From an archaeon (GTDB lineage: Archaea; Methanobacteriota; Methanobacteria; Methanobacteriales; Methanobacteriaceae), in NCBI GenBank assembly GCA_024409145.1, contig JAKSUF010000010.1, positions 1 through 14,859 on the forward strand: 14,859 nucleotides of DNA, in the 5' to 3' direction. A program made the position numbers and the translations under genes. The notes under the pieces are model-generated. The model made no database searches. It worked only from the letters and a program-made list of their open reading frames with translations, and was not told the DNA's origin. This document shows positions 10,196 to 14,859 of this stretch, piece by piece; position 1 is the stretch's first letter, and every line of letters begins with the position of its first letter.

Positions 10196-12436
10196 TTACT
10201 TTCCTCCTAAAGAATTAGCAAAAGCTTTTATTCTTTCATATTCTTCTTGAGTCATAATAGTGTTATAACATAATGCAAACAATAATGCCTTTTGTGCATC
10301 AACACCATTGCTAGATAATATATTATAAATTCTTACTACTTTATTTCTAGAAATATTTAGTTTTTCAACTGAATATCTATTACCCTTTTGATATTTATCT
10401 AATTTCTTAATTAAGAAATCTTCATCTTTATTATAAGAACGATTATTTCTAATTAACTTCTTATATTCTTCAACTTCTTCTGGTTTAATATCATCAAAGT
10501 TATTATCGAAGAATGATCTCTTATAATCATCAGGCATGTTGATTACATCAACTTTTAGATTACTAATTTCACCAGCAATTGATTTTTCTTTTGAACCAAA
10601 AATCTTTTTACCATTTTCAGAACAATATCTTAATCTCTTAATAGTTTCATCAGTAACACAATTTAATTTATTTGGATACATTTCAATAATATCCATACCA
10701 TCAAATACTTTTCCAGTTCCACCCTTCATTGTATCTTTATAAACAGATTCAACAAAGTAATCTAATTTTTCTTCTAAGTATGGTAAGCATAATAAGTATT
10801 TAGCATTCTTATCAGTTATGTTGAAATTATAATCTTTACATAAATTAATATTTCCTAAAACCATATCATGGTTATAAATAAATACTTCTTTACTAAAATC
10901 AAATAAATTAATTAAATCTATCTTTAATTCTCTAAATGATGCAATATTTTCTTTAAAATCATTAAAGTTTCCATCTTTAGTAATAAAGATTGATGGTAAT
11001 GAACCTACACAAGATATTAATATCTCTTGCATGTCTTCTTTATCTACAGATAAATCTTTTTCAACTATTTCTACAGCTTCTTTTAGATTATCTATATTAT
11101 TATCTTTAATTAAAGCAAGAACTAATTCAGTATTCTTAACAAATGTATTTAATAAATCATTATCTTTTAAATAATCTAATACATTCTTACATGCATCTAA
11201 AGTTAATGAATTATAATCTTCATCATCTATTTCTTTAGTTTTAACATGATAATCACCTAACATCTTTTTAATTTCTTTTATTTCTTCTTCGTTGTTAGGA
11301 GTTTCTTCTTTAACTTCTTCTTTTGGTTCCTCTTTTGGTTCTTCCTTAGGTTCCTCTTTAGGTTCTTCTTTTACTTCTTCTTTATTCTCTTCTTTAGTTT
11401 CTTCTTTTTCAACTAAATCTTTGAAATCTTCATCAACTTTATTTTCTTCAGGTTTTTCCTCAGGAAGTTTAATATCTACTGGACTTGGAATATCAACAGT
11501 AGCAACTTCTTCTTCAGTGTCATCATGTGGAACACCTAATTCATAACTTGGAATTGCATCCAATGCCATATTAGCTTCTGGAATTACTATATTATCATTT
11601 CCATAAGGAATATCTTCTTCTTCAGTAGTTTCCTCTACAGGTTTTTCTTCCTCTTTTGGTTCTTCTTCAACTGGAGGATTATTTATAGCTTCCATATCTA
11701 AATTATTTATATCAACTTGATTTTCATCAATTTGAATTGGTTTAGATAAATCAAAGTCATCTTCTTCTTTTTCTTCTTCTTCATCTTCATTATCTAATTT
11801 ATATAATTTCTTAATATCATATACTTCAGAATTATATTTTAACAGATAACAAACTAAATCATATTTCTTTTCTGCTTCACAGTTACTAAAATCAATTGCA
11901 GTTAATACATCTTCTATATTAGTAACATAATCATTATCATTTAATCTAGCAATTAAACGATTATAACTTTCTTTCCATTCATTCAATCTACTAATATCAT
12001 CACATTCAAGATCATTCTTTGCCATTTCTATTCCTTCAGCAATAGCAAGATTTTCTGTTCTCTTATCATTAATAGCATTAACAAATTTAATTAATGTATC
12101 AGATTGAACATCAGTAAGTGATAAAGAAATACCATTATTAATACCACTAATTAAATATAATAAGCCTTCATAAGTACATCCTGGCTTAGTAAAGTTATCT
12201 TTAATAGCTTGTGGTAACTCAGATAAAATCTTTTCAAATCTTTCTTTATCTAATGTATCAAATTTAAAAATATTATATTCTTTTTCATTATCTTTGAAAA
12301 TATTTAAAATATCTTCATAATATTTAATATTTTCACGTTCAACATCTAGGCTTTTAAACATTTTTTCTAAAGCTTCAATATTATCAATAATAAATTTTAA
12401 TCTAACATTTAATATCTTAAGTAATTCTTCTTTCAT
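10196..12436 (-). CDS. Hypothetical 746-aa protein: N-terminal domain (~1-210), ~190-aa highly acidic low-complexity linker with EE-x-K repeats, and a C-terminal domain (~430-746)
   Basis: Long intact ORF. The SD AAGGAGG sits 9 nt upstream and the ATG 2 nt after the orf305 TAA. No signal peptide or TM segment. No catalytic motif recognised; KGGTGKV is not a canonical Walker A. The composition is E/K/D/N-rich. Confidence 0.75.
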   Translation of the reverse strand: MKEELLKILNVRLKFIIDNIEALEKMFKSLDVERENIKYYEDILNIFKDNEKEYNIFKFDTLDKERFEKILSELPQAIKDNFTKPGCTYEGLLYLISGINNGISLSLTDVQSDTLIKFVNAINDKRTENLAIAEGIEMAKNDLECDDISRLNEWKESYNRLIARLNDNDYVTNIEDVLTAIDFSNCEAEKKYDLVCYLLKYNSEVYDIKKLYKLDNEDEEEEKEEDDFDLSKPIQIDENQVDINNLDMEAINNPPVEEEPKEEEKPVEETTEEEDIPYGNDNIVIPEANMALDAIPSYELGVPHDDTEEEVATVDIPSPVDIKLPEEKPEENKVDEDFKDLVEKEETKEENKEEVKEEPKEEPKEEPKEEPKEEVKEETPNNEEEIKEIKKMLGDYHVKTKEIDDEDYNSLTLDACKNVLDYLKDNDLLNTFVKNTELVLALIKDNNIDNLKEAVEIVEKDLSVDKEDMQEILISCVGSLPSIFITKDGNFNDFKENIASFRELKIDLINLFDFSKEVFIYNHDMVLGNINLCKDYNFNITDKNAKYLLCLPYLEEKLDYFVESVYKDTMKGGTGKVFDGMDIIEMYPNKLNCVTDETIKRLRYCSENGKKIFGSKEKSIAGEISNLKVDVINMPDDYKRSFFDNNFDDIKPEEVEEYKKLIRNNRSYNKDEDFLIKKLDKYQKGNRYSVEKLNISRNKVVRIYNILSSNGVDAQKALLFALCYNTIMTQEEYERIKAFANSLGGK
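11309..11404 (-). repeat. In-frame 12-bp tandem array (8 imperfect units) encoding EETK EENK EEVK EEPKx4 EEVK inside the 746-aa ORF
   Basis: Plus-strand units follow ttt[t/a][g/a/t][g/c/t]ttc[c/t]tc with period 12, e.g. ttttggttcctc / ttttggttcttc / cttaggttcctc / tttaggttcttc. Synonymous variation between units suggests the array is old rather than a recent slippage product. Confidence 0.6.
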
Positions 12437-12438
12437 AA

Positions 12439-13356
12439 TTAAAAGCCTCCTTTCACTAATTCAACGACTCTCTTAATATCAGGATTATCTATATCCTTAG
12501 TTTCTATATATTCAATATCTTCAAACTCTTTAAAGTATTTATATAGAGTTCCATAATCCTTAGCATTATTTGCTTCTTTCATTAATCTTAATAGATAAAT
12601 CTTTTTAACAAGTATGATATTTCTTACATTTATTTTTTCAAGAACTCTCTCTTCAACAAGATCATCTATTCTCATAGTTATATCTAACTTCTTACCAATC
12701 TTTTCATATATTGGTTCATAAGCAGGATTTAACAAGTTTTTATTTCTATCAATAGTATTTTGAATCTTTTCTAACTCATCATCTTTTTTCTTTTCACTCT
12801 TAATACCAGAGTTAGTTTTATAATATTCTAAGTTACTATTTAATAAATATAATACCAAGCCTGTTTTGTCTTCTAAGCTAATAGAATCAAACTTTCTTAA
12901 GAATTCAATAAATTCATCAACATCCTCTATTTGTTTCTTATATCTAAATATGTTGTAGTACTTTTTACATATAGTCTTATATTCATAAGTTCTTTCCATA
13001 TCTACAACTTCTATTTTTAATTCATCAGCTCTTCTATTAAAATGATTAATAATGTTGTTAAAATAATTAAATGCATTTTGAAATTGAGGTAAGTTTTTAA
13101 TAGAATCATTATTTGATTTAACTAAATATAAATTAGCTTTATATTCTTGTTCATTTGAAGCTACATGTTCTAGATTATTAATAATAAATTGTTGATTACT
13201 AAATTTCTCTATATTTGCAGGATCATTGTCTACACACGACAAAAAAGATAGTATGCTATTATTCTCATAGATTAAAGTATCTAATATATTTTTAGCGCTA
13301 TCTATATCTTTTATTATTGGTTCTAAATAACTTAACATTTCGTCTACGTATTTCAT
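12439..13356 (-). CDS. Hypothetical 305-aa protein, first gene of the coupled operon
   Basis: Intact ORF with a weak SD (AAGGG). The promoter lies just upstream. No TM segment and no recognisable motif. Its C-terminal ..KGGF codons form the SD of the next gene. Confidence 0.7.
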   Translation of the reverse strand: MKYVDEMLSYLEPIIKDIDSAKNILDTLIYENNSILSFLSCVDNDPANIEKFSNQQFIINNLEHVASNEQEYKANLYLVKSNNDSIKNLPQFQNAFNYFNNIINHFNRRADELKIEVVDMERTYEYKTICKKYYNIFRYKKQIEDVDEFIEFLRKFDSISLEDKTGLVLYLLNSNLEYYKTNSGIKSEKKKDDELEKIQNTIDRNKNLLNPAYEPIYEKIGKKLDITMRIDDLVEERVLEKINVRNIILVKKIYLLRLMKEANNAKDYGTLYKYFKEFEDIEYIETKDIDNPDIKRVVELVKGGF

Positions 13357-13380
13357 TCTACCAACCCTTATTCTACAATA

Positions 13381-13409
13381 ATGATACCATAAATAAATTT
13401 AAATAACAA
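13381..13409 (-). promoter_or_regulatory. Candidate promoter of the orf305-orf746-orf99 operon (-35 TTGTTA, 17 nt, extended -10 TGgTATCAT)
   Basis: Minus strand: TTGTTA (13409..13404), a 17-nt spacer, then TGGTATCAT with the -10 at 13386..13381. It sits directly downstream of the SPFH-gene terminator and ~25 nt upstream of the orf305 ATG. Confidence 0.45.
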
Positions 13410-13410
13410 C

Positions 13411-13440
13411 AAAAAAAGACTAATTTTTTTAGTCTTTTTT
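13411..13440. terminator. Bidirectional rho-independent terminator overlapping the SPFH stop codon
   Basis: AAAAAAGACTAA-ttttt-TTAGTCTTTTTT. A perfect 12-bp stem carries A-run and T-run flanks on both strands. The SPFH-gene TAA (13429-13431) lies inside the hairpin. Confidence 0.75.
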
Positions 13441-14172
13441 CTTTCCATAGCTTTCAAATGCTTTAAATACTTCAACTGGTAATGCAAATACAATTGTATT
13501 AGATTTATCAGCAGAGATATCATTTAATGTTTCTAATGTTCTTAAATGAACAGCAGTTGGATTTAATGATAAAGTATCAGCAGCTTTCTTTAAATCCTCA
13601 GAAGCTTTAACTTCACCTTCTGCTTTAGTAATAACAGCAAGTTTTTCTCTTTCTGCTTCAGCAGCTCTAGCTAAAACACGTTTCATTTCATCAGGTAATG
13701 TTACATCCTTTAATTCAACGTTTTCAACTTTTAATCCCCAAGGATCTGTTTCTTTATCAAGAACTTCACAAATCTTATTAGAGATCATTTCTCTCTTTTG
13801 TAATAATTCATCAAGAGTTACTTCACCAACAGCATTACGCATAGTAGTTTGAGATAATTGTGATACAGCATATTGGAAGTTTTCAACTTCTAGAATTGCT
13901 TTAGATGCATCAAATATCTTATAGTAAACTACTGCATTAATTCTAATAGATACATTATCTTTAGTAATTGCATCTTGTTCAGGTACATCTACAACTTTAG
14001 TTCTTATATCAATTTTCTTACAACTTTGAATAATTGGGAAAACTAAATTAAGTCCTGGTTTCATCATACCTGAGAATTTACCTAAAGTAAATTTAACTCC
14101 TCTTTCATATTGATTTACTTGTTTAATTGAAATTAAAACAAGAAATAACACAATAATAATTATTGGTCCCAT
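13429..14172 (-). CDS. SPFH / band-7 (stomatin-prohibitin-like) membrane protein, 247 aa
   Basis: N-terminal hydrophobic anchor MGPIIIIVLFLVLISI. Then comes an SPFH-domain sequence (..VVYYKI.. QLSQTTMRNAVGEVTLDELL..) followed by a coiled-coil EAEREKLAVITKAEGE segment. The SD AGGAGG sits 6 nt upstream. Confidence 0.88.
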   Translation of the reverse strand: MGPIIIIVLFLVLISIKQVNQYERGVKFTLGKFSGMMKPGLNLVFPIIQSCKKIDIRTKVVDVPEQDAITKDNVSIRINAVVYYKIFDASKAILEVENFQYAVSQLSQTTMRNAVGEVTLDELLQKREMISNKICEVLDKETDPWGLKVENVELKDVTLPDEMKRVLARAAEAEREKLAVITKAEGEVKASEDLKKAADTLSLNPTAVHLRTLETLNDISADKSNTIVFALPVEVFKAFESYGKKKD

Positions 14173-14190
14173 ATTTTTCCTCCTAGTTTT

Positions 14191-14219
14191 ATATTACCAC
14201 AAAATGACCATTTTTTCAA
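14191..14219 (-). promoter_or_regulatory. Candidate promoter for the SPFH gene (-35 TTGAAA, 17 nt, TGgTAATAT)
   Basis: Minus strand: TTGAAA (14219..14214, abutting the ung stop), a 17-nt spacer, then TGGTAATAT with the -10 at 14196..14191. Confidence 0.4.
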
Positions 14220-14859
14220 TTACCATTTTATAGGTTCATACCCATTTTTAATTAAAAAATTATTTGTTTTTGAAAAAGGTTTACTACCAAAAAATCCTCT
14301 ATTTGCAGATAATGGACTAGGATGATTTGATTCTATAACATAATGTTTTTTATTAGTAATAAAAACTTTCTTACTTCTAGCATAATTTCCCCATAATATA
14401 AATACTATAGGTTCATCTCTTTCATTTAAAAGTTTTATAACATTATCTGTAAAAATCTCCCAACCAATATCTTTATGAGAAGCAGCTTTATCTTTTTCAA
14501 CAGTTAAAATACTATTTAATAATAAAACTCCTTGTTTTCCCCAATCACTTAAATCATTATTGGTTCTATAAATACCTAAATCATCTTTTAATTCTTTAAA
14601 TATATTATTTAATGATGGAGGTCTTTTAATACCTTCTCTAACAGAGAAAGATAATCCATGAGCTTCCCCATCTCCATGATAAGGATCTTGTCCTAATATA
14701 ACTACTCTAACTTGATCATAATCAGTTAATCTAAAAGCATTAAATATATTAGGATATTCAGGATAAATAATTTTAGTAATATATTCTCTATTTACTCTAC
14801 TAATTATTTTCTTAAAATAATCCTTTGAATATCTGAAGGTAATTTTCTTGAATAATAAC
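14220..14859 (-). CDS. ung: Uracil-DNA glycosylase, C-terminal ~213 codons; the N-terminus lies beyond the window end
   Basis: The minus-strand frame ending at TAA (14222..14220) reads ..[59 protein letters not shown]. The family-1 UDG signature HPSPLSAxRGFFG and the C-terminal ..PIxW are present. The ORF is not in the track because it is truncated at the window edge. Confidence 0.9.
   Translation of the reverse strand, partial: LLFKKITFRYSKDYFKKIISRVNREYITKIIYPEYPNIFNAFRLTDYDQVRVVILGQDPYHGDGEAHGLSFSVREGIKRPPSLNNIFKELKDDLGIYRTNNDLSDWGKQGVLLLNSILTVEKDKAASHKDIGWEIFTDNVIKLLNERDEPIVFILWGNYARSKKVFITNKKHYVIESNHPSPLSANRGFFGSKPFSKTNNFLIKNGYEPIKW

Noticed and set aside
10536-10742. Plus-strand 68-aa ORF
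   Set aside because: It is fully nested antisense within the 746-aa gene. It has no SD or promoter context and is hydrophobic low-complexity typical of an AT-rich antisense frame.
11309-11404. The tandem 12-bp array as a CRISPR or other non-coding repeat
   Set aside because: The period is 12 with no spacers. It is entirely in-frame within a long ORF and encodes a coherent EE-x-K peptide repeat, so it is a coding low-complexity repeat.
11292-11546. Plus-strand 84-aa ORF (MLGVSSLTSSFGSSFGSSLGSS...)
   Set aside because: It is antisense to the EE-x-K repeat region of the 746-aa gene. Its serine/glycine-rich low complexity is just the reverse reading of the GAA/GAG/AAA repeats. It has no SD and lies fully inside a far better-supported minus-strand gene.
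10196-12436. KGGTGKV in the 746-aa protein as a Walker A/P-loop NTPase motif
   Set aside because: It does not fit GxxxxGK[ST]. There are only two residues between the glycines, and Val follows the Lys. No Walker B context is recognisable.
13429-14172. SPFH protein as part of an NfeD-SPFH pair or of the adjacent unknown operon
   Set aside because: No NfeD-like gene is adjacent. A strong bidirectional terminator and a separate promoter divide it from the downstream operon. Association is not supported by the sequence, although co-localisation is noted.
1-14859. Possibility of Mollicute genetic code (TGA=Trp), given the very low GC, the absence of any TGA stop among ten genes, and the N/K-rich proteins
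   Set aside because: Every Trp I checked in rpoB and rpoC is TGG. The 1200+ aa ORFs are uninterrupted under the standard code, so TGA is not used as a sense codon. Strong SD usage also argues for a walled Firmicute-like organism.

Overview
Low-GC, Firmicutes-like chromosomal segment with the standard genetic code: Trp is TGG, strong GGAGG-type SD sequences are present, and TAA stops predominate. All ten genes lie on the minus strand. In transcription order (high to low coordinates) they are: ung (3' part) | SPFH/band-7 membrane protein | bidirectional terminator | promoter plus a tightly translationally coupled three-gene operon of unrecognisable proteins (305 aa, 746 aa with an acidic EE-x-K repeat linker, 99 aa) | strong terminator | YbxB-like SAM methyltransferase | promoter | rpoB | rpoC, overlapping rpoB by 1 nt | terminator | repeat-rich candidate regulatory region | pgk | tpiA (5' part). 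Three ORF-track start codons appear to be over-extended (rpoB, pgk, methyltransferase). The first 21 codons of the methyltransferase ORF are actually a terminator hairpin. The two plus-strand ORFs are antisense artefacts of the repeat region. The most interesting item is the self-contained three-gene operon with no recognisable homology. It sits where the conserved rplKAJL-rpoBC neighbourhood usually is. The unusual rpoC->pgk-tpi junction carries an ATGTAAA direct and inverted repeat array.
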